A stretch of DNA of 64,000 nucleotides from an uncultured delta proteobacterium (lineage in GTDB: Bacteria > Myxococcota > Myxococcia > Myxococcales > Myxococcaceae), in contig CAVZMH010000016.1 in NCBI GenBank assembly GCA_963776345.1, positions 640,001 to 704,000 of the forward strand. Reading direction: 5' to 3'. Shown here in pieces: positions 49,349 through 58,155 of this stretch (position 1 is its first letter; each line of letters opens with the position of its first letter). The notes below the pieces were generated by a model. The model made no database searches and had not been told where the DNA came from. It was given only the letters and a program-made list of their open reading frames with translations. Made by a program: the position numbers and the translations under genes.

Positions 49349-50784
49349 CGGGCCACCCCGGAGAGCGTGGTGAACAGCTGGGCGAGTCGCGGGACGGCCG
49401 CCGCCGCCGTCCCGGCCTCCGCCGCGGTCTGACGGAGCGCGGCGATCTGCCGCTCGACCTCGACCGGCCCGGTGGAGCCCGCACTGCGCTTGCCGGCGAC
49501 CGACGCGCGGACGTCGCCGACCGAGGCCAGGGCCGTGGCCAGCTCCGGGTCCAGCTCGCGGGCGAGGTCCTGGGCCTGCATCAGCCCCAGGCCGGCGCCC
49601 TGCGCCCGGCGGACCAGGGTGCCGACCCTCCGGTACGCCGAGCGGAACGGGACGCCTGCCCGGACCAGCGCCTCGGCCACGTCGGTCGCCTGGGTGAAGT
49701 CCCGGTCCAGCGCCGCCCGGCAGCGGTCGGGGTCGAAGCGGATGCGCGGGATGGCCACCCGCAGCGCGCCGAGCACCGCGAGCACGTTGGCCGCGGTGCC
49801 GAGCAGCGGCGCCCGGTCCTCCTGGAGGTCGCGGTTGTAGCCGCCGGGGAGCCCCTTGAGGGTGGTGAAGAGCTGCACCAGCGCGCCCACGCCCTGCCCG
49901 CTGCGGCCGCGCACCAGCTCGAAGACGTCCGGGTTCTTCTTCTGCGGCATCAGGCTCGACCCGCAGGCGATGGCGTCGTCGAGAACGAGGAAGCCGAACT
50001 CGCTCGAGGCGAAGTCCACCACGTCGGTGGCCAGCCGCGAGGCGTGCAGAAGGAACCGGCTCGCGGCGTAGACGAAGTCCAGGACGAAGTCCCGGTCCCC
50101 CACCGTGTCCAGGCCGTTGAGGGTGAGTCGCGAGAAGCCGAGCAATTCTTGCGGAATGCGCCGGTCGGTCGGCAGCGACGTGCCGGCGATGGCCCCGACG
50201 CCCAGCGGCGAGGCGTCCACCTGGCCGAGGGCGAAGCGCATCGCCTCGACGTCACGGGCGAACATCGCGCCGTACGCCGCCCACCAGTAGCCGGCGCTCA
50301 CCGGCTGCGCCCGCTGCCGATGGGTGTACGCCGGGAGCAGCACCTGGCCGTCGGTCTCGGCGCGAGCGGCGACCAGGGCGAGCAGCTCGGAGAGCCCGCC
50401 GAGCACGTCGGCGCAGCGCTCGCGGACGAACAGCCGGAGGTCGAGCGCCACCTGGTCGTTCCGGGAGCGGCCGGTGTGGAGGAAGCCGGCGACGTCACCC
50501 AGGCGGCGCGTCAGCTCGGCCTCCACCGCCATGTGCACGTCCTCCTCACCCGCGGGGATGAAGGCGCCCGACTCGGCGTCGCGCCACAGACCGACCAGGC
50601 CGTCGTGGATCACCCGCGCCGCCTCGGCGGGGACGATGCCCTGGCGGGAGAGCATCGCCAGATGCGCCATCGAGCCCACCAGGTCCTCGCGCAGGAGCGC
50701 CCGGTCCTGCTCCAGCGAGCTGGAGAAGGCGAGCACCTCGGGGAGGAGTCCCGGGCCGCCGGCCGCGTCGGTCTTGGCGATCAA
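49345..50784 (-). CDS. argH: Argininosuccinate lyase
   Basis: EDVH, HTGRSRNDQV, YTH.Q.AQP, GSSLMPQKKNPD, YNRDLQED. TTG start overlaps the argG stop. Confidence 0.93.
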   Translation of the reverse strand: MIAKTDAAGGPGLLPEVLAFSSSLEQDRALLREDLVGSMAHLAMLSRQGIVPAEAARVIHDGLVGLWRDAESGAFIPAGEEDVHMAVEAELTRRLGDVAGFLHTGRSRNDQVALDLRLFVRERCADVLGGLSELLALVAARAETDGQVLLPAYTHRQRAQPVSAGYWWAAYGAMFARDVEAMRFALGQVDASPLGVGAIAGTSLPTDRRIPQELLGFSRLTLNGLDTVGDRDFVLDFVYAASRFLLHASRLATDVVDFASSEFGFLVLDDAIACGSSLMPQKKNPDVFELVRGRSGQGVGALVQLFTTLKGLPGGYNRDLQEDRAPLLGTAANVLAVLGALRVAIPRIRFDPDRCRAALDRDFTQATDVAEALVRAGVPFRSAYRRVGTLVRRAQGAGLGLMQAQDLARELDPELATALASVGDVRASVAGKRSAGSTGPVEVERQIAALRQTAAEAGTAAAAVPRLAQLFTTLSGVAR

Positions 50785-51983
50785 GCCCCTCCCCCGTGCA
50801 GGCGGCTGTATTCCTGGAGCTGGAGGCCGAGGAGGTTGATGAATCCCTCGGCGGCGCGGTGGTCGAACTTGTCCTCCCGGCCATAGGTGGAGAGGAGCTT
50901 GTTGTAGACGCCGAACTCGGAGGTCCGGCCCACCACCCGGAGCGACGCCTTGTGCAGCTTGAGCGTCACCTCGCCCGTCACGTAGCGGTCGTTCTCGTCG
51001 TTGAAGGCCTGGATGGCCCGGCGGAGCGGCGAGAACCAGAACCCGTCGTAGGTGAGCTGGGCGAAGGTGGTGTCGAGCTGCGCCTTGGTCCTCGCCGACA
51101 GGCCGAGGGTGGTGAATCGCTCGAGGTCCTGGTGCGCGGCGATCAGCGTCACCGCGGCCGGGCACTCGTAGGTCTCGCGGCTCTTGATGCCGACCACCCG
51201 GTTCTCCATCAGGTCGATGCGGCCGACGCCGTGGAGACCCGCGAAGTCGCCCACCCTGGCGATCAGTCTGGCGGGCGACAGACGCTCGCCGTTCACCGAC
51301 ACCGGATAGCCCGCCTCGAAGCCGATGCGGATGAGCCCCGGCTCGGCGGGCGCGTCCTTCCACGATTTCGTCCAGGCGAACGCCTCCTCCGGGGGCTCGG
51401 TGTTGGGGTCCTCGAGGACGCCGCCCTCGATGCTCCGGCCCCAGAGGTTCTCGTCGATGCTGAACGGGCTCTTGCGGGTGGTGGGCACCGCGATGCCGTG
51501 TTTCTGGGCGTAGTCCATTGCTTCGTCGCGGCTGATGTTCCGCTCGCGCTGGGGGGCGATGATCTTCAGCGCCGGGTCGAGGCCCTTCACCGCCAGATCG
51601 AACCGCACCTGGTCGTTGCCCTTGCCGGTCGCGCCGTGGGCCACCGCGGTCGCCCCGTGCTTGTGGGCGATCTCCACCAGGTGCTTGGCGATGAGCGGAC
51701 GGCTGAGGGCGGCGGACAGGGGATACACGCCCTCGTACAGCGCGTTGGCCTGGAGCGCGGGGAAGCAGAAGTCCTTCGCGAACTCCTCCTTGGCGTCCAC
51801 CATCTCCATGGCGATGGCGCCAGCGGCCTTGGCCCGCTCGGTCAGCGCCTTGGCGTCTCGTGCCTCGCCCACGTCGGCGTGGCAGCACACCACGTCGTAG
51901 CCGTAGTCCACCGAGAGCACCCGGACCAGGACGGACGTGTCCAGCCCTCCCGAGTACGCGAGCACGATCTTCTCTCTCTTCAT
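50781..51983 (-). CDS. argG: Argininosuccinate synthase
   Basis: LAYSGGLDTS, HGATGKGNDQVRF, SIDENLWGRS.EGG.L, ENRVVGIKSRE.YE. Confidence 0.97.
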   Translation of the reverse strand: MKREKIVLAYSGGLDTSVLVRVLSVDYGYDVVCCHADVGEARDAKALTERAKAAGAIAMEMVDAKEEFAKDFCFPALQANALYEGVYPLSAALSRPLIAKHLVEIAHKHGATAVAHGATGKGNDQVRFDLAVKGLDPALKIIAPQRERNISRDEAMDYAQKHGIAVPTTRKSPFSIDENLWGRSIEGGVLEDPNTEPPEEAFAWTKSWKDAPAEPGLIRIGFEAGYPVSVNGERLSPARLIARVGDFAGLHGVGRIDLMENRVVGIKSRETYECPAAVTLIAAHQDLERFTTLGLSARTKAQLDTTFAQLTYDGFWFSPLRRAIQAFNDENDRYVTGEVTLKLHKASLRVVGRTSEFGVYNKLLSTYGREDKFDHRAAEGFINLLGLQLQEYSRLHGGGA

Positions 51984-52465
51984 GACCTTCTTCCCTTCCG
52001 GAGGAGTCCCTGGAGGACCCTGGTGAGCCTCGACGCCGAGGCAGCCTGCATCGGGGCGACGAACACCGTGTCGTCGCCGGCAATCGTTCCCAGCACCTCG
52101 GGCAGCCGCGCCTGGTCCAGCGCCAGCGCCACCGCCGGAGCGGCGCCGGGCGTGGTGTGCACCACCACCAGGGCGCCGTTGTCCCGGACTCCGCGCACCA
52201 GCGGGTCCAGCGCCTCGAGCAGCCCGGGCTGGGCCACCGTCGGGCCCTCGACCGGGAGCTCGTAGACGGTGCCACCCTCGGCGCCGGGAGCGCGGCGGGC
52301 GCCGAGGCGGGCGAGGTCGCGAGAGAGCGTCCCCTGGGTCACGTCGAAGCCCCGATCGGAGAGCAGCGCGCGGAGGTCCTCCTGCGTCGCCACCTTGCGG
52401 CCGCGGATGAGCCGCCGGATCGCCTCCCGGCGCGCGTCGGTGGTCTGTTCCTCGCGGGCCCTCAT
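51980..52465 (-). CDS. argR: Arginine repressor
   Basis: TQEDL...G..VTQ.TLSRDL, GTIAGDDT. Confidence 0.95.
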   Translation of the reverse strand: MRAREEQTTDARREAIRRLIRGRKVATQEDLRALLSDRGFDVTQGTLSRDLARLGARRAPGAEGGTVYELPVEGPTVAQPGLLEALDPLVRGVRDNGALVVVHTTPGAAPAVALALDQARLPEVLGTIAGDDTVFVAPMQAASASRLTRVLQGLLRKGRRS

Positions 52466-54498
52466 CCGGCGGTCACCAGGGTGCCGACGCCGTGGTCGGT
52501 GAAGAGCTCGGCGATGGTGGCGTGGGCCACCCGGCCGTCGAGGACGTGGACCCGCTCCACCCCGCCGGCGAGCGCCCGGAGGATGGCGTGGACCAGCGGC
52601 TTGCTCTGCTGAGGGACGGCGCCGTCGGCGAGCTGGTGCTCGAGGTCGGTGACGGTCAGCTGGTTTCGGACCTCGCCGCCCGAGACGAGTCCCTTCGCGT
52701 CCTGGAGGAGGATGAGCTTCGGCGCCCCGAGCGCGATGGCCACCTCGGCCGCGGCGCCCTCGGGCGACAGGTGGAGCGTCTCGCCCCCCGGCCCGATGCC
52801 CACCGGGGCGATGACCGGGAGGTAGTCCTTCTCCATCAGCATCTCGAGGAACCCGCGGTTCACCTCGCGGACCTCGCCCGTGCGCTCGCCCGGAGCGACG
52901 GCGTCGGAGGCTGCCGGGACCGCCCGGAGGAGCGGACCGTCCTTGCCGGAGATGCCCACCGCACGGCCGCCGCCGGCGTTGAGCAGCGCCACCAGGTCCC
53001 CCGTGATGCGTCCGGTGAGGACCATCTCCAGCACGTCCGGATCGACCGGCGGCATCCCCTCCTCCGGAGGCACGGCGCCGTGCACCACCACCGGCCGGAG
53101 GCCCACCGAGCGCAGGAGCACCACGTCCTCACAGAAGCTCGCCCGGAGCGAGCTCTTCCGGAGCCCCTCGCCCGCGTAGCCCAGCACGCAGGTCGTCCCG
53201 GAGAAGCGCGAGATGTACTTGAGCGCCTCGACCAGCAGGGTCTGCTTGAAGCCCGGGCTGTAGCGGGTGAGCCGGTCTTCGCGCCGCACCGAGCCGTCCG
53301 CCTGGGGGACGATGAGCGAGGTGTAGTCCGCGTTGATCTTCACGTAGTCGTAGCTGAAGTCGCAGCCCCAGGCCGTGGCCGAATCCTTGCCGGCGGCGAG
53401 CGCCACCTCCACGACCACCTCGGGCTCGCGCATGCGGGCCCGCAGCGTCTCCGGGTCGTGCGGCTGGGGCGCACCGTCGCCGAACACGCGCACACCCTGG
53501 ATGCGGACCTCGGCCTTCTCCGGGTCGACCGGGTAGTCCTGGCTCCCGGCGCGGGCGCCGACCGTGGCCAGGATGCGCCCCCAGTTCGGGTCCGCGCCGA
53601 ACAGCGCGGTCTTCACCAGCGGGGAGACGGCGATGGCCTTGCTGAGGTCGCGGGCAATGGCCGCGCTCGGCGCCTGGGAGATTTCCACCGTGAGCAGCTT
53701 GGTCGCCCCCTCGCCGTCGGCGGCGATGTCACGGGCGAGCTCGGCGCACACGTCGGTCAGCGCCGCGCAGAAGCTCTCGTAGTCGGGGCCAGCCTCGGCG
53801 ACGGGCGCGTTCGCCGCGAGGCCGTTGGCCAGGGCGAAGACACAGTCGTTGGTGCTCATGTCGCCGTCGACGACCACGGCGTGGAAGCTCGCGTCCACGG
53901 CGCTGCGGAGCATGCGGGCCAGGACCTGCGGCGGCACGGCGGCGTCGGTGCAGACCACGGCGATCATCGTCGCCATCTGCGGGGCGATCATCCCCGAGCC
54001 CTTGGCGAAGCCGAGGATGTTCACCTCGCGGCCACCGAGGTGGAGCGACCGGCGCGCCATCTTGGGGTGGGTGTCGGTGGTCAGGATGGCCTCGGCCGCG
54101 GGCTCGCAGCTCGCGCCCAGCGACTCGACCAGCCGGGGGAGGCCCTGGGTGATCTTCTCCACCGGGAGGGGAACGCCGATGACGCCGGTGCTGGCGGTGA
54201 AGGTCGCGTCGGGCGGGACCCGGAGCGCCGCGCCCAGCGCCCGGCGCACCTGGACCACGTCCTTGCGCCCCTGCTCGCCGGTGAGGGCGTTGGCGTTGCC
54301 GCTGTTGACCAGGATGGCGCGAACGCCCGTGGCGGGCAGCCGGGGCTGGGCGTCCTGCACCGGGGCGGCCTGGGCGCGGTTGATGGTGAAGCAGCCGGCG
54401 GCCGAGGCGGGCACGTCGCTGAACACCAGCGCCAGGTCCTTCCTGGCCGGCTTGATGCCGGCGTGAAGCCCGGCGAACCGGAAGCCCTGCACCATCAT
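52462..54498 (-). CDS. argJ: ArgJ ornithine acetyltransferase fused to a degenerate acetylglutamate-kinase-fold domain (678 aa)
   Basis: ArgJ part: NSGNANA, STGVIG, TTDT, KGSGMIAP.MATM, MSTND, DGEGATK, D.NWGR, NADY. It continues in frame into the ArgB-like EALKYI...ELFTDHGVGT. Confidence 0.92.
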   Translation of the reverse strand: MMVQGFRFAGLHAGIKPARKDLALVFSDVPASAAGCFTINRAQAAPVQDAQPRLPATGVRAILVNSGNANALTGEQGRKDVVQVRRALGAALRVPPDATFTASTGVIGVPLPVEKITQGLPRLVESLGASCEPAAEAILTTDTHPKMARRSLHLGGREVNILGFAKGSGMIAPQMATMIAVVCTDAAVPPQVLARMLRSAVDASFHAVVVDGDMSTNDCVFALANGLAANAPVAEAGPDYESFCAALTDVCAELARDIAADGEGATKLLTVEISQAPSAAIARDLSKAIAVSPLVKTALFGADPNWGRILATVGARAGSQDYPVDPEKAEVRIQGVRVFGDGAPQPHDPETLRARMREPEVVVEVALAAGKDSATAWGCDFSYDYVKINADYTSLIVPQADGSVRREDRLTRYSPGFKQTLLVEALKYISRFSGTTCVLGYAGEGLRKSSLRASFCEDVVLLRSVGLRPVVVHGAVPPEEGMPPVDPDVLEMVLTGRITGDLVALLNAGGGRAVGISGKDGPLLRAVPAASDAVAPGERTGEVREVNRGFLEMLMEKDYLPVIAPVGIGPGGETLHLSPEGAAAEVAIALGAPKLILLQDAKGLVSGGEVRNQLTVTDLEHQLADGAVPQQSKPLVHAILRALAGGVERVHVLDGRVAHATIAELFTDHGVGTLVTAG

Positions 54499-55560
54499 GG
54501 CGAGACTCCGGGCGCGGGCTCGAGCGCGGTCCGCTCGGGAAGACCGAGCATGAGGTTGAGGTTCTGGACAGCCTGGCTCGCGGCGCCCTTGAGGAGGTTG
54601 TCGATGGACGAGACGACCACCACCCGGCCCGGGTCGAAGCCGGACTCGGCGACGCCGACCGCCACCGCCGCCCGCGCGGTCCCGACGACCCGGGCGATGG
54701 AGACCTGCTCCGGCGTGTCGAGCACCTCGACCAGCGGCTCGTCGCGGTAGGCCGCGCGCAGCGTCTCGGCGACCGCGGTCGCCCGGGCTCCGGGCCCAAG
54801 CCGCGCCGAGGCGGTGGAGAGGATGCCGCGCTTGATGGGTAAGAGATGCGGGGTGAAGGTCACGCGCACGGACTTTCCCGCGCCGCGGGCGAGCGACTGG
54901 GCGATCTCCGGCGTGTGCTGGTGCCGGAGGACCTTGTAGGGGCGGACGTCGTCGGCGACCTCGCAGAAGCTGTAGGCCTCGGTGGCCTGCCGGCCGGCGC
55001 CGGAGACGCCGGAGGCGGCGTCGATGACGATGGACTCGTCGGCGAGGAGCCCGGCCCGCAGCAGCGGGACGAGGGCCAGCGCCGCGGCCGTCGGGTAGCA
55101 GCCCGGGTTGGCGACGAGGCGGGCGGAGGCGATGGCCTTCCGGTCGGAGAGCTCGGGGAGGCCGTAGACGGCGGTCTCGAGCAGGGCCGGGAGGCGGTGC
55201 TCGAAGCCGTAGTGCCTCGGGTAGGCGGCCGGGTCGGCGAGGCGGAACGCGCCCGAGAGGTCGACCACCTTCACCCCGCGCTCGAGGAGGGCCGGGGCGA
55301 GCTCCATCGAGGCCTCGGCCGGGGTGGCGAGCAGCACCGCCGTCGCAGCCCTCGGAGGCGCGCAGGGCCTGGGCGTTCGGGACGTACGCCAGGGCGCCGA
55401 CCGGCCCGCCGATGCCGGTCTTCGCCCGGACGGTCACGCCCTCCCAGCGATCGCTGGCGACGAAGCGGACCTCCACCCCCGGGTGGACGGCGAGGATCCG
55501 GCAGAGCTCGATGCCGGAGTAGCCGGACGCGCCGACCACCCCGATGGCATACTTATGCAT
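54495..55560 (-). pseudogene. argC: N-acetyl-gamma-glutamyl-phosphate reductase interrupted by a 1-nt frameshift (or sequencing error)
   Basis: The N-terminal 73 aa (GASGYSG.EL..IL..HP) are in one frame. The rest (DLSGAFRL, ANPGCYPT, SGVSGAG, H.HTPEI, DNLLKGA) is in another. The extra base is at 55340/55341. Confidence 0.85.
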
Positions 55561-55582
55561 TACGTGTGCATATCTATACGCC
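55544..55582. promoter_or_regulatory. Tandem ARG boxes
   Basis: ATGGCATACTTATGCATT and TGTGCATATCTATACGCC are 18-bp boxes 3 bp apart matching TGCATwwwwATGCA. The first covers the argC ATG. Confidence 0.8.
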
Positions 55583-55714
55583 CACGCCGGCGGGTGCAAG
55601 CGACCACTCCGCTGGAGCGGCGCCAGTTGGACGGAGGTCGTATCGCGCCCGGGCCGCACCGCCCGCTGCTCCTCGTCATCCACGCCGTGGTGCGCGGGTG
55701 TACGGTTCCGGGCC

Positions 55715-56566
55715 ATGCCCAACCTGTCCCTGATCAAGATGAAGGATCTCTCGTCCTTCCGGAAGATCGCGCTCGGGACCTGGCGGACGGCGTACGACCC
55801 GTCGATCTACGGAACGCTGACCCTCCGCATGGACCGGGCGCTGGACTACATCGCCCGGTTCCGCGCGCGAACCGGGCGTCGCCTCACCGTCAGCCACCTG
55901 ATGGCCAAGGCCTCGGCGATGGCCCTCCAGGCGTGCCCGGAGGCGAACGCCATCCTCCGGTGGAACCGGATCTACCGGCGGCAGCGCATCGGGGTCTTCT
56001 TCCAGGTCCTGATGACCGACGAGGGCGAGGAGAAGCCCGACCTCTCCGGAGCGACGCTGTACGACCTGGAACGGAAGTCGCTGCTGGAGATCGTCGACGA
56101 GTTCGAATCGAAGGTGAAGCTGGTCCGGGAGCGGCAGGATCCCGCCCTGGAGAAGACGCGCGGAACGTTCCAGCGGATCCCCTATCTGCTCCTCCGGCCG
56201 TTCCTCAAGGCGCTCTCCTTCTTCTGCTACACCCTGAACCTGGACCTGCGGGCGCTGGGAATCGCCTCGGATCCGTTCGGCAGCCTGATGATCACCAACG
56301 TGGGAAGCCTGGGGCTCGACACCGCCTACGCGCCGCTGGTCCCGTTCTCCCGCGTGCCGATGCTCTTCGCCATCGGCGAGGCGACGGAGCACGTGCTGGT
56401 GGAGAACGGCCAGGTGGTCGTCGGCAAGACGATGAGCGTGAACGCGACGCTCGATCACCGGGTCATCGACGGGTTCCATGCCGCCAGGATCGCGAAGGTC
56501 CTGCGGGAGTGGATGGAGAGCCCCGACGCCCACTTCGACGCGACCGAGGGCGCGACGCCGCCATGA
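55715..56566 (+). CDS. Stand-alone 2-oxoacid dehydrogenase E2-like acyltransferase catalytic domain
   Basis: ITNVGSLG and TLDHRVIDG (DHRxxDG). No lipoyl domain. Confidence 0.82.
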   Translation: MPNLSLIKMKDLSSFRKIALGTWRTAYDPSIYGTLTLRMDRALDYIARFRARTGRRLTVSHLMAKASAMALQACPEANAILRWNRIYRRQRIGVFFQVLMTDEGEEKPDLSGATLYDLERKSLLEIVDEFESKVKLVRERQDPALEKTRGTFQRIPYLLLRPFLKALSFFCYTLNLDLRALGIASDPFGSLMITNVGSLGLDTAYAPLVPFSRVPMLFAIGEATEHVLVENGQVVVGKTMSVNATLDHRVIDGFHAARIAKVLREWMESPDAHFDATEGATPP

Positions 56567-56910
56567 AGCTCACCGGCTTCTCCTTCGGGAAGCTCGTCGT
56601 CGACGGAGACGAGCACACGCACGACCTGGTCATCGACCGCGGCCGGGTCCGGAAGCGGGACAAGCACCCCTCGAAGAGGTACCGCTCGCGCTACGGCCAC
56701 ACGCCGCTCTCGCTCGACGAGGACCTCCCCTGGAAGTGCGAGCGCCTGGTGGTGGGCACCGGAGCCGGAGCGTTGCCGATCATGGACGAGGTCCGCCGGG
56801 AGGCAGAACGGCGGCACGTCGAGCTCATCGCCCTGCCCACGGAGAAGGCCCTCGAGCTCCTGGCCGAGGACCATCCCCAGACCAACGCCGTCCTTCATCT
56901 CACCTGCTAG
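56563..56910 (+). CDS. Mth938-like domain protein
   Basis: FSFGKL.VDG...HDLVI, LVVGTG, PT..A, LHLTC. ATGA overlap. Confidence 0.8.
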   Translation: MKLTGFSFGKLVVDGDEHTHDLVIDRGRVRKRDKHPSKRYRSRYGHTPLSLDEDLPWKCERLVVGTGAGALPIMDEVRREAERRHVELIALPTEKALELLAEDHPQTNAVLHLTC

Positions 56911-58076
56911 GGATGAACCATGAGGAGGCAGCCCTCCGGGACGAGGCAGGTCGCGAGCATCACCTCGTTGATGTCCCGGTGGGCGGCCCACTCCGCTCCC
57001 TCCCGGTGCGCGGGGACCAGCCAGAACTCCTCGATCCTCTCGCCCAGCGGGACATGGCGCCGGAGCGCGGCGACCAGCGCCGGAAGCGGCCCGCTCCCTC
57101 CGGGACGTTTCTCCGACCTGGATCCGATGAGCGCGACCGCGTGAAGCCCGATGGCCAGTCCCAGCTCCCGGAACGCCAGCCGACGCGCAGCGGGCTCCTC
57201 CAGCTCCCCGTGGCGCTCATAGGCGCGGAGCCCGGGGAGAGCGGCGGTGAGGAGGGCCTGCACTAGGTCGTCGGGCCGAAACGGTCCCGCGTCGGCGAGC
57301 TGCGCCACGCGGCAGGCGTCGATCAGCAGGCCGCCCAGCCCCAGCGGGTCGGCAGTCTCCCACTCCGCGGGCCGGAGCATCGCGGCGAAGCCAGCCAGCT
57401 CCTGGGCAAGGTCCGGACCCTCGCCAGAGCTCCCCAGCGACGCAGCCGTCGCCCGGAGCTGCGCACAGGCGACCAGCCCGCCGAGCGGGTCGTGCTGGCC
57501 CATCGATGGGATGAGGGGACGGGTGAGATCCACGCTCATCTTCCACACCAGGCGACGGGGACCCGCGCCGGCGGAGACGCCGAACGAGGCGAAGGCCACC
57601 GCGGCCAGCTCGCGGGCCCAGAGGTTGAGGCGCGGCTGCCGGGTGACCCGGGACGCCTGGTCCAGCGCGTGCATCCACTGGGTGAGGTAGTGGAAGTACT
57701 GGCCGTCGCGGTCCCACTCCAGCCGCTCGTCGAAGGGCTCATCGGCGCGCCGCTCAGGCAGGCGCTTCCCGATGCGCAGGCCGCCGCGGGTGGGGTGCGC
57801 CTCGGCGGCCGCGCCCTCGAGGCCGCTCAGCCAGCCCGCCCGTGGGTCGTCGGGCCGATGTCGCCCCAGGGTCTGGTGCACCCGATCGATCAGGCGGAGA
57901 CCGAGCTCGACCCAGCGCGGGTCACCGGTGCGCCGGAACAGCCCGAGCAGGTTGCAGACCGCGAAGGCGTCGGTCCACAGGTAGCGCTGCGAGCCGCGCT
58001 CGGAGGTGACTCCGGTGCGCTCGGCGAACTCCAGCGTCAGCTGGATCGCCTCCTCCGTCGTGGCGGGGAGATCCAT
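56907..58076 (-). CDS. Conserved-looking hypothetical protein
   Basis: Well-formed 389-aa ORF with a GGAGG SD and motif-like blocks RYLWTDAFAVCN, GGLRIGK, DRDGQYFHYLT, HRDINEVMLAT. Confidence 0.75.
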   Translation of the reverse strand: MDLPATTEEAIQLTLEFAERTGVTSERGSQRYLWTDAFAVCNLLGLFRRTGDPRWVELGLRLIDRVHQTLGRHRPDDPRAGWLSGLEGAAAEAHPTRGGLRIGKRLPERRADEPFDERLEWDRDGQYFHYLTQWMHALDQASRVTRQPRLNLWARELAAVAFASFGVSAGAGPRRLVWKMSVDLTRPLIPSMGQHDPLGGLVACAQLRATAASLGSSGEGPDLAQELAGFAAMLRPAEWETADPLGLGGLLIDACRVAQLADAGPFRPDDLVQALLTAALPGLRAYERHGELEEPAARRLAFRELGLAIGLHAVALIGSRSEKRPGGSGPLPALVAALRRHVPLGERIEEFWLVPAHREGAEWAAHRDINEVMLATCLVPEGCLLMVHP

Positions 58077-58155
58077 GACTCGCCTCCGAACCTGACGCTT
58101 CCAGGGTAATGCGACGCGCCGGCGTCAACGAGCCGGCGCCGCGCGGCTCCTCCGC

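Noticed and set aside
49345..52275. 976-aa ORF suggesting an ArgR/ArgG/ArgH fusion
   Set aside because: The N-terminal half is an off-frame read of argR and argG; argH starts at TTG 50784.
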